64,000 nt of DNA from Eledone cirrhosa (taxonomy: Eukaryota). Below the pieces are notes generated by a model. The model was not told where the DNA came from. It worked only from the letters and a program-made list of their open reading frames with translations, and searched no databases. The stretch covers positions 90,582,001 through 90,646,000 of the forward strand of contig OZ024741.1 in the NCBI GenBank assembly GCA_964016885.1, written 5' to 3'. Within the stretch, counting starts at the first letter, position 1; each line of letters opens with the position of its first letter. Made by a program: the position numbers and the translations under genes. Below are positions 1 through 14,435 of this stretch, piece by piece.

Positions 1-295
1 AGTGTCTCAGTTTTCACAGCACTGATTTTCCTTCCAGCCATGCAGCTCTCGGCATCAAACCTATCGAGTGCAAGTAAAAGATCATCTTCTGTCGAGTTGA
101 GTAACATCATATCGTCTGTAATTTCCAGCCGACTGATTCTACACTGCCAGTTATGACACCACTTCCAACCGGGCTGCGCATGTCAATCCTGTTTATGTAA
201 ATAATGAACAGGAGAAGTGACAGTGCACCCTTGGCGGAGTCCAACTCCCACATTGAATGGTCTCAATTTAGGACCGTCTATCCGAACACAGACAT
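1..295 (-). pseudogene. Decayed non-LTR retrotransposon RT fragment (RTE/Rex3-like), runs off the window edge
   Basis: Minus strand reads CVRIDGPKLRPFNVGVGLRQGC. It is clearly homologous to the + strand fragment at about 32860-33060. Confidence 0.7.
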
Positions 296-344
296 AAGCC
301 AAATATGAAAAATCAAATTATTCAGTTGTATTATTAGGGAATAT

Positions 345-508
345 ATATAGGGCGGTCGATTGCGGCATATAGTTACGGCCCTTGACGTTCTGAGTTCAAA
401 TCGCACCGAGATTAGTTTTGCTTTTCAATCGTACGGGGTCGATGAAATAAAAATGATTTTCTGATTCCTTTCAAATTGCTGGCCTTGTACTAAAAGTAGA
501 AACAATTA
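345..508 (+). mobile_element. SINE family 1 (tRNA-like head), internally deleted copy
   Basis: B-box-like gagttcaaatc, body ttttcaatcgtacggggtcgat and tail gctggccttgtactaaaagtagaaacaatta, shared with many copies in the window. Confidence 0.75.
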
Positions 509-1820
509 ATATGGGACATATAGATAGGTTATTTAACAGGTTGGCACTAGATGGTCTTTTGAGCGTCCCCATGTGTCCCAGTTTTTCTTCAGCATGCCAC
601 TAAGTGAACTGATGACGCGCAATATATGCTCATTCAAGCTGAGCACCTAGCCTCTCTCAGTTCGAAGACCGACCTGCGTAGTCAAGAGCCACATCATACA
701 CGAGGTGTCTCAGATACGGCTATTGTGGGATAGTTGAGCAGAACAGATCGGATCTAGAAGAGTAAACCTCAATAAGTAATCTGAGTGTCTCATAGTAAGC
801 AGTAGTTTATGCGGTGACCATCAGTTTAATTAGATGAGCTTGGCGTCGTGAACACCAGTGACTATTAATTCGACAATGGGTTGGCACAAATTCGACAATG
901 GGTTGGAGAAATCTATAAGTATGCAGGTGTAGCTAGCCGTATATATTCTAGCCATGAGAAAAAGCAAAATAACAAACAAACAAACAAAAATTCTTCACCT
1001 TCGATGGCGGGTGACTCAAAAAGAGAAGAGAAGAAGACATATTAACTGTTTAGTAAGAGACATATGTTAATTGTTAATAATAAGCTATTGCCAGTCATAA
1101 GGGGATAAAGGCGGTCGATTTGGCAGAGACGTTAAAGTTTTCGATATTTGTTGCTGGTCTCTGGGTTCTTAGTTAAAATCCCGCCGAGGTCTGCTTTGAA
1201 TTTTATCTATTCCCGGTCGATAACGAAAGTATCCACCGAGTCATGGTGCAGTCCTATATCACTCCATCAGGAATGCCCTAGATCTTACCCTGGGTCAAAC
1301 GAGAGAGACTCGTGTGGTTGCCTGTGTCTGATTCGCACCTAAACTCTTAGCGAAAGCACTTGATTGCAAGTGACAGCTGTATGAGTTGTGGATGTCAATA
1401 ATTAAAAGACATGAACTACTTCCTATGTACAGTTCGTGCTAACATACTTTTCTCACCCGAGAAGTTTTAATTAATTAAATTTGCATTGTAATGTTAAATA
1501 AAGGCAGGAGAAACGAACCGAAAATGTTAATCAATTAATATTAATTAAAATTAGAATATGGGTAATGCATTGGAGAGTGAGTTTGAACTTGTCAACACAA
1601 TGACAACTGCAAACATGTTTCGATCGTGTCCAATCTTCACCAGATACTGGCAAACAAGGATGAATTGACACACACACACATACAATACTAATATATTTAT
1701 TAAACGAGCAAATAAGTTTCTGTCGTGAGCAGGGTCACTTACACTCATTGCTCACATTTTGCTTTTCGCTGGCAATTCTTGACCAAAATTTATCATTAAA
1801 ATCTTCCAATATAATTTTGT

Positions 1821-2690
1821 ATTGTTTATTTTCAGAAGTTTACGTCTATGAAATATACCCAGTAAAATCTTCGCCATAAAAAGGATATCGTTTGGCATTA
1901 TTCCCAAACTCTCGTTTTTCTATCATATGTTAAGTTACTATTTTAGTAATGAAATAAGTAATAATTTTAGTATATCCCTCAAAATGCTTCATTTTGGCAG
2001 TATCGGTAGAGGGTCGGACGCCATGCTTTGACGCATAGAGTTACGGCCCTTGCCATTCTGAGTTCAAATCCCGCCGAGGTTAACTTTGCCTTTCATCCTT
2101 ACGGGGGTCGATAAAATAAAGTACCAGTAATGCACTGGGTAATTTGCTGGCCTTGTGCCAAAAGTAGAAACAATTAATTAATCGAAGTAGAGTATAGTTC
2201 AGTACGGTTTTGATTCTTTCTTATTACCACGGATGGAGTACCTATAAAAAAATTTCAATGTGTTTCTACATGAGCACAGAAGGCAGCAACAATATCCCCA
2301 CGACTTTTCCCAATATTTCCACATTAGCTATTTAACTTCTATACTTAAAAGTTCTATTCTCTCCTTCCGGCACTTGGTGGAAGCAGGCAACACAAAATAA
2401 AATGAAAGAAAAAAATCAGTCGAATTTGTTTGGAGTCGAGAAAAGAAAGAATTTTAGTTTATGGTTATGGTGATTATACGACACCATAGTTTATATACCG
2501 TAGATAACAATACACTGTAAGCCCGGTACCCTGTAATACTATGTCCAAAAACTCTATTAACTGTCTGTTAAACATGAATCAGTAAATTGTTTATTTTCAG
2601 AAGTTTACGTCTATGAAATATATTCAGTAAAATCTTCGCCATACAAAGGATATTGTTTGGCATTATTCCAAAAGTCTCGTTTCTCTATCA
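1821..2690 (+). repeat. Direct duplication of about 105 bp (1821-1925 and 2587-2690)
   Basis: Both copies run attgtttattttcagaagtttacgtctatgaaatata...ctatca, with few substitutions. Confidence 0.85.
1995..2180 (+). mobile_element. SINE family 1
   Basis: ttggcagtatcggtagagggtcggacgcc...gagttcaaatcccgccgagg...gtagaaacaatta; near-identical to the copies at 15476 and 21617. Confidence 0.85.
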
Positions 2691-4134
2691 ACACAGTCGG
2701 CCACTATCAAAGCAAGAAGGAAAAAAACTGTTGTGATGACGTAATACTATATTTGGTACAGTTTAGCACCAGCCTACGTGACACGTGGCTGGCAAGCCTC
2801 TTGACGCTTTCTAACAGCTGCTTATAAGTACACATTAATTTTGGGAATAAATCTTTTTTCTTTCTGTTTTTGCAGGTACAAGGTTAATTTTGCAGGAGAA
2901 GTTTTATTGTCAGTTGAGTTGATTCACAGTTTATTACTGACATCTATTAAATTGAACCAGGAGAGATTGGTAAAACGCTAAGTCGATTCCGGTGTAATTT
3001 GAACTCCGAACAACAAAGACTTGGATTACAGAGAGTATGATATTTAGTGTGAAGTTCTATTTTCTGATTTTCATTCCATGCTTTTCAAACTGAAAAATAT
3101 ACAAATAAATTGGGCCATGTGATGTAAATATTGTCTAGTATCTCGTCAAAAGTCATTAACATTTCCTATTCATGATATACAATTAAACAATTATAATATA
3201 TAAACATTCTCATATGATTCTGAAATCAACTGCAACCGGCAGCATTCTCTTAATCTAATTTGAAACAACTAACCCCCCCCCCCCCCCCCTTTACTCTACA
3301 TGCTTTTTCACCTTCGAAATCCAAGATGGTGAATTAAAGAAATTGATACATCAATAAGATGCCTTGCAGTATTTGTACATGCTCTTTACGTTCTGAGTTT
3401 AAATCTCACCGTGGCCTACTTGAGTGATACACTTAATGCGACATCCGCTTTACACCACTATCTGGTCCTTGGGTGTTTTGGGAACAGTCCACTCCCTTGC
3501 AAGCATTAAAACCCGTTCATCAGTTTAAGGACACCCTCCTTCCCCCCCCTCTCACCATTCCTATAAATGGATCATGGGCACCACTCTCCTCGCTCCCCAA
3601 AAAGTAAAAAACACCATTGCATAGTAATTTGTATATTTGATAATTTAAATAAAGAAATGCTATTTTCACCTTTTTTTTTCTACGTTAATTTAAAATTATG
3701 ATTGAATTATCAGTTGTAGCTTTATAAATATTTCTGTCTAACTTTAAATATCGAAGGTTATATATATCAAATAATCAAATTGCTGTCAACAACAGATTTT
3801 CTTTGCTTACAGCAAAGTTGTTTATCAAAGACTGTGTAATCGTAGCCTACACGGGTGGGAGAGATCCAAGTGTACACGTGTTAGACACAGCATAGAAAGA
3901 CTGTAACTGATATATACTTTGATTCTTTCTACTGGTTTCATTCATGAGACTATTGCCATATTGGGGTACCACCTTAAAGGGATTTAGTCGATCATATCTA
4001 TCTCAGTATGTAAATTTTCAAGTCTGGTACGCATTTAATCACTCTCTCTTTTATCGATTCGCTAGGTTACGAGACATAAACAAACATTAAAAATAAACAC
4101 AAACGCGGACGCATATACGCACAAGTACACGCAA

Positions 4135-4167
<33 letters not shown>

Positions 4168-5797
4168 CATATATATATACATATGATGGGTTTCCACACA
4201 GTCTCCACCTAGCAAATTTCACTTAGAAATTATTGACCAACCACATAGCTGCAAAGCGAAACTCTTTAACCACACACCCATGGCTCACCTATTCGTTCCT
4301 AACTTTCTGTCAATTTTAAGATCTTTAACTAATAGTTAACTAATATCCTTGCACGAATTCTCCTACTCCCAACTTTATTAATATCTGATCTTTATTTCAG
4401 TTTTTTAAAAAAATTGCAATATATTGGTAATGGATTGAATTATTTTAGTTTGTCCTTAATTATAATAGCTACCCAAAATATCTTTACATGAACTACTAAT
4501 TAATTGCCATCCTGGCTGACAACTATAAAATAAACATTTCCTGTTAGGAGCCTTATGTTTAAAGCAAAGTTTCCTGCCCTAATACCATTAACCGGCGCTA
4601 TTTTTTATCTGCTATAAACTGTTTTCCAGTGCTAGATTCGCATTGAAATCTTATACAATAAACTCCTCCTCGCTTCCAATACCACACCTACCCTATGTGT
4701 TGACCTTAGAAGACGCGAACACGTGACATACACAACACGTTCAGGAACAGAATTTCATTTTATCAAGTTGTAGTAAAGATGGTTATTCTCAATTTCCTCC
4801 ATCAGGATCGGATGTTTAAGTTAAACAAACACACCAACGTTGGCGCTGCTGATTCTAGATTGAAAATTAGAACGTTGACGTGGATGCATCAAGGCTAGTT
4901 GGTGCAAAAGTTTCTTTGGCATTAAATAAATACAATATATTAGAATAGAAGAAAAGTATTGCAAAAAAAAAAAAAAAATAGAATAAAATAAAGAATGGTG
5001 GTATGTATTTTATATGATAGAAATGATAATGGTCCAATGATGTTTTCAAATAGAATAGATGAAAGACTTTAATGAATATTCAACTATGTTCATTAATTAG
5101 AAAGATTTATTACAATTATTTTGTCTGCCAATTTCAATGTCAGAAAACATCAACAGAAAAAAAAAAGCGTTGATGTAGTAGATATATCATATCACAGACA
5201 TCAAGAAAGCATGCTTCAAAATATGATATCTCATTTGGGAAAAGAAGGTCGTTCTGCTTTTATATTAATAATATAGCCTTGAGGTGTCCTGCTATATTGA
5301 ATAATGGCTGCTCTCGATTTCATTGTTTCATCTAATACTACGTTTAATGTTTCTTGTTATTTTCGGCATATTTCATTCTATACATATATACTTTGCCGCT
5401 GAAAACATTAATCACTGTAACCCACGAAAGCACAATTGATCCGAGAAGTAGAAATACGTGCTTTGTGGTGTAATCTGAAAGCACTAAAGTGTTTCATAAT
5501 GGATTGTGATCAGTTAAAAATTACTCAACTGAAAAAAGAAGAAGCTGCAGCAATAGACATATAAAGTTTCATTGAACTCATTCCTACAGCCATTTATTGC
5601 AAACAAAATGAATTTTGCAATGAGTAGTTATAAACACGTGCATGCAGAATGTGGATTGCTCCTAACAAGTCGAGCCTGCGATACAGTATACAACACATTT
5701 AGATGTGTGCTTGAATCATAAATATTCTGATTTAAATGTAAATGCAAATATTCTGATGTAAATTTTGATGATACGCTTTAGAGGTATTTAGGTTATG

Positions 5798-6097
5798 TAC
5801 TCTCGGATCCCCAATAATAGGGGTGGGGAATAAGCTGGGGGTTGGAAATTAGCTTAAATTCTTATAAGCGGGGAGGGAGGAATCATTAATTTTATAGTGT
5901 ACTTTCATAAATATGTTGTTCTTTTTTGTAATGTTCCTTTTTTGAAATATATAATGTTTTTTTAATGTAAAATATAATTATTATTAGATTCTCCTGCTGC
6001 TGTATCAGTATGAATCACTTACAATTAAATTTCGCTGGAGATAGATTAGCAAAATTTAATAAGCGAGGTAGTGGTGATTATTCAAGACTTGAGAGTA
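5798..6097. mobile_element. Putative MITE with degenerate TIRs
   Basis: tactctcggatccccaataa at the left end versus ttattcaagacttgagagta at the right end, an imperfect inverted repeat. Confidence 0.4.
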
Positions 6098-6909
6098 TAT
6101 GTCTAAATTCAGTGTAATGATTTAGTAGAAGATATATAAAAATGAATTTGTTCATTCAAATGTTTATAGTATTCTTACTAGCTGACGGACCGTTGTGAAT
6201 ATTTTTCAGCTTAGAGTAATGACTTCAATTTTTAATGTGATGCAGTCATAAATGCTTTTCAAGAAAGAGTTGCTAATACGATCTCATGTGGTAAAGGACG
6301 TTAAGAGTTAAATCCAGCAAAGAGCCTCATTATTCACGATAATATTACGACTGCTCAAGTAAGTATGAATATTTATATTTTGTTGTTGTTCAGGATACTT
6401 GATATGCTCAAGATATCTGATATTTAATGTAAGTTTATTCGCCAAACAACATGTTGAAGTGTTCTGCAACATTCCTAAATAATGAACAATAACAGCATTG
6501 ATATCTGTAAAACTGGTTAGAGATTATCCGAAACTATAAGCAAAATTCTGTATCAGCAATGTTCCAAATAATTTCTCGGCGATTAAATTTTCTGCGATTG
6601 ATAAATATTCAAGATAAGCATTAGGCACAACAATAAGAACAACAATAGTAATAATTAGAACAACAATAATAACAACAATAGTAATAAAACTGCTAATTTT
6701 GAGCATGAGAAGGAGGAGTAGGCGTATGAAGGTGATGACGTGGATAATTTTGCTGCACTGGGAATCGTAAAAACAAAGTAAATTTCAAACATTAACCATA
6801 CAAAGTGGGCGGGAAAAATATTATGGATGTATCAACCTATAGCACCTGATGGGCATTTAAAACCTAGTGGAATGCAACTCCCTGCAGGTTTGCAGAAAGA
6901 AAGAGCGAA

Positions 6910-7400
6910 GAAATATTGACCTCAGTACTCGAAAGGGTGGGATGCAAAGTTGAACTCGGCGGGATTTGAACTCTGAGCACGTATAGCCGGAACGAATACC
7001 ATTAAGCGTTCTATTCAACGTTCTAACGGTTCCGACAACTCACCTCCTTAGTATGTATATAATAAATGAATAAATAAATAAATAAATAAATAAATAATCG
7101 TTTCTAATTTAAGCACAATGCCAGCAATTTTGGGGGAGTGGGAAGTTGATTATATCGACCACACTATTTGAATTAATTTATCTTATCGAACCCAGAAGGA
7201 TGAAAGATAAAGCTGACATCGGCAGGATTTGAACTCAGAACGTACCGAGTCGTAGTAAAATGCTGCAAATCCTTTTGTTTGACGCACAAATAATAATAAT
7301 AATCGTTTCTAATTTCATCACATGGCCAGCAATGTAGGAGTGATGGAAGTCGATTACTTGACTGCTACTTTATTTGATCGAACCTGGAAGAAGGTAATAC
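6910..7400 (-). mobile_element. Cluster of diverged SINE family 1 copies
   Basis: Repeated reverse-complement motifs gggatttgaactc and tttctaattt...gccagcaat. Confidence 0.65.
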
Positions 7401-7469
7401 AAAGTTTTCCATTGGTGGTATTTGAGATGATGATGAATGATGGTGTGGATCACGATAACAAAAACAACA

Positions 7470-8720
7470 ACAAAAACAATACTCTAGCAATCCAAGTAAT
7501 GAACTAAAGTCTTAATATTTTGAACTGGACTCTAAAAGAACTAGGTGGAGTAGACAGAAAATAAAACAATAAAAATGCACCATCCAGAATCAGATGAAAG
7601 ATTATAGCTAGCACAAATACAGTAAGGAAGGGGTCTTATGCAACTAAATAACTACTATACAAAACAACAACTATACGACGACAAAAATATCTGATAAAGA
7701 ATGATAGAAAGTTTATATAAATAGCCACGAAACATAAACTAAGTGAAAAATTGTTTTCTGTCTTCAAGGAAGTCAACAAATTCAAAACAGAAGCTGAATA
7801 GGCAGATAATTATGTTGTAAATAAAAACAAAGAAGAAATGACGACAGAAACTCCAAAAAAGATAACATCTAAATTGAAAACAGAACTCTAGAATGCTAGG
7901 AAGGAAGTGGACAAGCGAAATTCACAAAATTGGCCAAGTAACGCTTGACTAAAATCCGAGACGTAAGGATTTCTAATTGCAGCACAAAATCAGACTCCCC
8001 ACCTAAAACACCAAAAATACATAGTAAGTAACTGAACAATATATCGTGTCCGGGAAGAAACAATTACCACATTATCTTTGTCTGCCTAATCTTAGCCACA
8101 AGAAGAATATACTCATAAACATTATATAGTTAGGATTTATATACACTGGAAGTTGTGCTAACAGTACGAAATAGCAACAGAAAAAAGGTATTACTGACGT
8201 GCACCAGAAAGTTGTCAGAGAAGGATAAAGCAGCCTTACACTGGCATGTGCAATGGATATAGACAGGGAGATCAAAGCAAACCGATCGGATATTATATTT
8301 AAAGACTACAAATGAGTTCAAATCCTCTTTAGGTTAGCTTTGTAATTCATCCTTACGGGGTCGATAAAATAAAGTACAAGTCACGACCTTGGGTCGATTT
8401 AATCGTCTTTCCCCGCCCCCAAAATTGCTGGCCTTGTGTCGAAATAAGAAACCATATTTAAAGACTACAACCCCCCCCCCCCCAAAAAAAAAACCATTGT
8501 GTTCTAATTGATGTATCAATAAAGATCTGTAGATCGAAACAACCTGAATGTGAATCATAAAAATAGAAACAATCCTTATGATAATAGGCGCACCGGGTAT
8601 GATAAAAAAAGAAAAACAAAACACGCAGACAGATGCTAAGCAAAATCCCCAGGAATTACAAATATGAACAGCATAAAAAAAATAGAATTTCTAGACACAG
8701 CACAGATATTACGAATAATA
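7470..8720 (+). pseudogene. Highly decayed RLE-type non-LTR element (R4/Dong-like), interrupted by a SINE at about 8334-8458
   Basis: Remnant motifs KSET*GFLIAAQNQT, EETITTLSLS(C) and YIHWKLC match the C-terminal region of R4-clade elements. Many stops and frameshifts. Confidence 0.5.
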
Positions 8721-8809
8721 CTGTCAACGCAATAGAAACAAGAACACCCACAGTACTCGGTAATGCAATGACATCACGCAGTGATGATGATGATGATGAT
8801 GATAATAAT

Positions 8810-9030
8810 GATTTCTAGTATAGGCACAAGGCCAGTAATTTAGGGGGAGGGGAAAGTCGATTAAATCGACCCAGTACGTTACTGGTGCTTTATTTTATCG
8901 ACCTCGTAAGGATGAAATGCATGCAAAGTTAACTTCGACAGGATTTGTTCTCAGAACGTAAAGGGACATTACTCTATGTCTCGAAGCATAGTGTCCGGTG
9001 CTCTACTAATACTGCCAAACCACTGCCCTA
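8810..9030 (-). mobile_element. SINE family 1
   Basis: Reverse complement of the family consensus, with an (ATT/ATC)n tail. Confidence 0.8.
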
Positions 9031-9869
9031 GTGATAATAATGATAATAATATTTATAATTTCTTTCTCCATGGGGGTGACTGAAGAGAAGGCATTAGAAG
9101 GGCTTATATAAAAACTCTTGAAATGCTTATACATGGCCGCGTATCGGGAAAGGCACGAAAGGACAACATTCCAAGAAGTATATGAATTTTTTTCAGTAGG
9201 GGTGACAACTATCTAGCGCATATCAGGAAATACCACAAATCCTGGAATATTCTGACCACCAAGGGTAAATGTCAGCTGTCATCTAAGGCCATACTAATTA
9301 CTTTCATTACATTTCATAAACATATTGGAGAGTAGCGTTTTTCCTCCATTCCATTCTTTCATCTTACTCTCTAAGTGGAACATAAAAGGCGAGGGTTTAA
9401 CAGATGAGGCACATATTCGTCCTCTCTTCTTCAAATTCGTCCACTAAACTACCCTCTTCGCTATAGACACATGACAGAAAAGTACCTGTTATTCTTGGAC
9501 AAAAGAAGGCGACAGGACAATCTTTATGAAGGACTCGACTGAGAGCGGGATCCGTCTCACACACATTTGTAATCTGTGCAGTCGATCTAGATAGGACATA
9601 AAGATAGGGACCTGACTATTGGAAGCTGATCGTGCCATTCCCGGCTTGAAAACCTCTCAGTAACCGGATTGTTAATAACCTACAATGAATCATTCAAATG
9701 AGGGCGAGTAGAGTCGAATCGATACAATTTAGCGAAGAAATAGCGACAGAGAAAAATAGATTAGAGTAGAAGCTAGTAAGACACTTCTTTCGGCCACTGA
9801 AAAAAAAAACAGTAGTCCCTACTTCTTCCTTAATTTGGGAAAAGGTGTGTATGTTTGTGTGAGATATAT

Positions 9870-10165
9870 GATTTGTGGTTGGGGTGTTCGGTTCACGATC
9901 TTAAAGTCGTATGTTCGATTCTCGATGCCATGGTGTCCTTGAGTAAAATATTTTATTTTACGCTGATCCAATCCACTCACCTGCCGAAAATTAGCTGTAT
10001 CTGTAGTGAAAAGGACCAGCTTTGTCAAACATTGTGTCATGTATCTTACTGAGAACTCCGTTAAGGCTGCACGTGTCAGTGGAATGTTAAGTCATTTGCA
10101 CGTTAATATCTCGAGCAGGCTGTACCGTTGATCAAACAACTGGAACACTCATTGTCGGATCGTCA
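9870..10165 (+). mobile_element. SINE family 2 (tRNA-like head)
   Basis: A/B-box-like tgtggtt...gttcgattc followed by tgtccttgagtaaaatattttatt. Homologous to 38124-38448 and 47360-47480. Confidence 0.7.
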
Positions 10166-10581
10166 GTCCAACACCTACACACGTGTATGCATCTCTGTTG
10201 CTCTTTTTTTAAATGTAAATCGTGTCGTTAGAAATGTATTGTATACATATGGCCTGCTGTGTAATTAAATATATTTTCTTTTTCTTTGTCCTGTGTTGTT
10301 TCATTCACTGCACTTTTTGTTTGGGGTTGCTTTTCTAGTAGAAATCTATATTTTAGATTTTAATGTCGGGAAAGATATATTATATCTTTCTCGGTATGGA
10401 GTGACATACAAAATGTTCCTTTATTTTGACCACACCAGAAGGCAGAATTTGAACTCATAAATAATTAAATATTGCAATGCATTTCGTCCATTGTTGAACT
10501 GATCGTATTATTATAGTTTCTATCTGCAATTCTTTTTAGATACGAGGGGAGTCGATTATATTGACCCCAGTACTTAATTTA

Positions 10582-10979
10582 CCAGCCAAGAGAAGAAGTT
10601 GGACGCATTCGATTCCAGATGTCTGCGAAAGATCGTGGGGATTAAATGGAGTGACCATGTAACAAACCAGGAAGTCAGGAACCGCACCAACCAGCAGCTA
10701 GTCTCTTCTACCATCTGCAAGCGACGCCTGGGCTGGTTTGGACACGCTTTGAGACTTCCCCCGGAGAGACTGGCGAACCAAGTACTTAAATGGAGCCCGC
10801 AGAGAAGCAGACGGAGAGGGCAACCCAAAATGAACTGGCGCCAGACAGTTGAGAGGGACCTGCGAGCGACAAACAGACAATGGCGGGACGCTGTGAAACT
10901 GGCTGCTGACCGAACGCGATGGAACACTATGATTGCCTCATGCGTCGCAAGACGCGGGAGCTTCTGAGACTGAGTCTGA
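10582..10979 (+). mobile_element. 5'-truncated RTE-clade LINE, 3' end with target-site duplication
   Basis: ORF end KKLDAFDSRCLRKIVGIKWSDHVTNQEV...WFGHALR...GQPKMNWRQTV and a ctgagactgagtctgag tail. Flanked by gtacttaattta / gtgcttaattta. Confidence 0.85.
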
Positions 10980-12407
10980 GTGCTTAATTTATACCGTATT
11001 GAATAGATTTCGGAAGGATGAAGGGCAAAGTTGACCCCAGCTGGTTTTGAAACTAGTAACTAAAAAACCGGAACAAATAATGCTAATCATTTAATCAGTC
11101 TAATGTCTCTACCAATACACTATCCTTAAATCATTGGTGCAATTAATTTCTTCCAGCTGAATGGTCTGAGGCAACATGAAATAAAGTGTTTTACTCAAGA
11201 ACATAACGCGTTGCCGAACTCACAACTCTATGATCTTGAGCACAAAATACTAACCCCTAAGCTGTGTATGTGCCTTCTCCGGACCTTTTAAATAATTATA
11301 GCAGAGGTACCCGGCCTCATATTTCTTGGAGAGTTTACAGACGATTAATTAAACCCCAGTACTTGACTGCTACATTATTCTATTAAATCTAAGAGGATGA
11401 AAGGCAATGATGACCTTGGATGGATTTTAACTCAGAACGTGATGGGCTGTAATTAAATGACGTAATGTGTTTTTCTAACACTCTAGCGAACTTCACAGTC
11501 CATTACCCCCGAAAAAGCACAAATCCTCCAGTGGGATATTAGCCTCGAAATATCAATAATAACAACGATATTTAAACGGAGCGTTTGCAGAAAATAAAAT
11601 CAATAAATATATGGATGTCAATGCACGTATTTAGTGGTAATTGTGTTCGGCTTCGGCTCATGATTATAACGTCGCGAGTTCGATTCTTGAACTGAGCATG
11701 ACGCTTTATTTCACAATTCATTATTTCCAGTTGAGTGAACTGGAGCAACGTAAAATAAAGAACCTTGCTTAAGGAAACAACATACTTTCTGGAATCGAAC
11801 ACATGACCTTATAACCATCAGCCAAACACCAAAAACCACTAAGCCATCACTAAGCCATACGGATTCACCCTATAATTCGTAGAAATCAGCAGAATAGTCA
11901 GCCATTATTCTATTCTATCTTTATATGAAGAGATCTGATCTCGGGCCAGTAGATCTCTTCTCAGCGTGGTGTCCTACCACACATTTTGTGCAGTCACTTT
12001 TCTTATTTTATTTTCTCATATTATTTTCCAGGATACATGACAACGCTAGTAAACTGATACGAACTATGAATTCTTTAGACGGGAGGCTATCAAATTAACC
12101 ACTTGGCTTTTGTTAACTAGCACACAAGATTGGTTCCCATATACAATGTTATGTCGACCTGAAGTAACATACTTGAAGAAGAAGAAGATACAAACATATG
12201 TACATACATAGACATTGGCACAATGACATTGATATCGTTATTTAGACATATCTCTTGAAACATCATACTGTTGCTAAAACTAGTTTTCTGTAATAACTAA
12301 TGCGTTTAGACTTTATAGTCCATTTATTATTTTAGGTTTATTACCAAAGCAGTAAGGCGGTGAATTAACAGAGTGGTTAGAGTGTCCCGGTGGACAGAAT
12401 AAAGAAG

Positions 12408-12572
12408 GCATTTCCCCGGAGGATGGTAGGGAGACGCGCTGGAAGAGCCATTCCAGCTCTCGAGACTCACACCTGCGGGTAGCTAATTCCATGTCGATGG
12501 TGGTGAGTAGGGAGGTGGTCATAGGGCTGAGGACACCAGAGGACTCCACTGAACGGAATTAGACGCAGGCAC
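12408..12572 (-). pseudogene. Small CRE-like RLE endonuclease fragment
   Basis: ESSGVLSPMTTSLL...ELEWLFQRVSL, homologous to 35800-36370. Confidence 0.65.
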
Positions 12573-14435
12573 GATTTATTTATTTATTTTTGTTTTCTTC
12601 TCTACGCATGCGTTTGTGTGTGTGTATAGTGTTTGGTGTGTGTTCGCATTTGGGTGACTGTGTTTTGGTTATTGTATTCTATCTTAGTTTACTAGTGCGT
12701 GCTTATATGTGTTTGTTGTTATTGTGCTTGTGTATATATTTATTTATTTATTTATTTATTTATATTTCTCTTAAGTCAGTATTGTTTGTTTGGGTGTTGT
12801 TGTTGTTCCATTCATTTTTTCTGTTTAGCTTTGACCTTCTAAGTTCTATTTCACTTGCCTCTCTGATTTGCCTATCTGCTGGGTCATTTCTATGTTTAGA
12901 TATCTTAATTTCTATGTTGTCTATGTTACCCTCATGTTGTTGTCTGGCGTGTTCGTATAGTACTGAACCGTTTTTTCGTCCTTTTAGTTCCCCCCAGTGC
13001 TGGTCTATCCTTTCACCTATGCTACGAGCTGTCTCGCCTATGTATGTTGTTGTCATGTTTCTGCAAGTACCCTCTGTCTGTAAATCTTATGCTATAGACT
13101 ACGTTTCTAGTTTTACAATTTATCCGGGGATTTACTTTACATATAATACATTTCCTATTAGTACAGTGGGTTTTCTTAAAAGGGTATGTTTTGCTGATCA
13201 GGGATTTTATGGTAGTTCCTGGCTTTTCTGACACTTTAATCTTTAAGTGGGTCTTTCTCAGGGCCTTTCTACACTGGTTAGCTAATTTCCCTCCAGGGGT
13301 AGCGTCCACAAACATGACACTCTGGTATCTCTGGTTGTCATACCATGAGGTGGATTTCCCTATCTTATGTTTAGTCCTATCTAAGCTATTCCATGATTTG
13401 CTCCTGTATAATGGGCAAATTCCTTTCATGTTCAGTTCTATGAGGGTCTTATACTTCTCCGTGGCTCCTTCGTATACTCTGATTCTGTCTCTTTGGTTGT
13501 AGCCAGAGAACTGCATGCGGTTGATGAAGTGTTGGATGTGTATTTCCATTTCTGTTGAGTCGCACATGCGCGACACGTTCTTCATCACTCGTACCAATTC
13601 TGCGATCAGAATATTAAACTTAGCACTACTGGACATTGCTGAGTTTTGAGTATCAGGTATTTGGAGGCCATGAGTTTAGCGTATTGTGAGTAGAGAATTT
13701 GGGCTCTCTGGTCTATAGTGTTAATCCAGAGTTCCGTGTTTAATGCAGGTAGTAGTCTATTTTTAGGGTGTTTGGAAGGGTAGTCGATAGTTACAGTTAT
13801 ACTCTAGTGTATGGAATTAGCTATGTGCTGGATGCTTTCCATTGTGCTACATTCTAAATCATACTTGTTAGTACTCTCTTGTGGGGGTGTCCTTATTACT
13901 ATATTAATATCGTAACGAGAGTACATGATGAGCTCTATGGAGCTTTCATCAAGGAGATCTTTGAGTCTCCTTTCCCACCATACCATAAAAAGGTTGAATA
14001 TGTGGCCCTTTAGGGTAGTTTTAATACTAGCCCCTATTGCATGCGCGACCATTTTTCTTACCTGATCATTGTTGTTGGTGGTCCGTATGGCTTTGGTCCA
14101 CCCAATCCACCTTTCCATGGGAGTCTTTTTGCCATTGAAGTTATGGTGGGGGTCTACCTCTTATGGGTCTACTGGTTCAGAAACGGCTAAGGTCATGGCT
14201 GTCTAGGTATTCGGTGTCATAGGTAAGTCTAAGTAGGAGGCCCAGTTCGTCTGTGTCGACGTCGCAGAACTCCACCCCACTCTCAATGATCATCTCCACA
14301 CATTTTTCCACAGCGAAATCAATGTTAATGGATGGGTATAGTGATACCACGTCCATACTGCCTATTATGCAGTTAGATAGGCTTGTGTTTTTGTTGCATT
14401 CATTGATTCTGCTGAGGAGGTACTGTCACATACAT
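12573..14435 (-). mobile_element. Inverted partial copy of Penelope-like element PLE-A (RT core, thumb, GIY-YIG, 3' UTR)
   Basis: ORFs 13804-14118, 13022-13636 and 12760-13056 include YIGETARSIGERIDQH and LNRKNEW. Near-identical in reverse to 16632-17715 and 19892-20080. Confidence 0.9.

Noticed and set aside
605-660. CTGATGA motif as a possible hammerhead
   Set aside because: No GAAA or closing stems follow, and it lies in what looks like a decayed LINE 3' fragment.
3795-3905. Possible host exon after ttttctttgcttacag
   Set aside because: Short frames with no recognisable protein and no partner exons.
11928-11961. Perfect 10-bp hairpin gaagagatct/agatctcttc
   Set aside because: Isolated, with no ribozyme core or second copy, so it could be chance.
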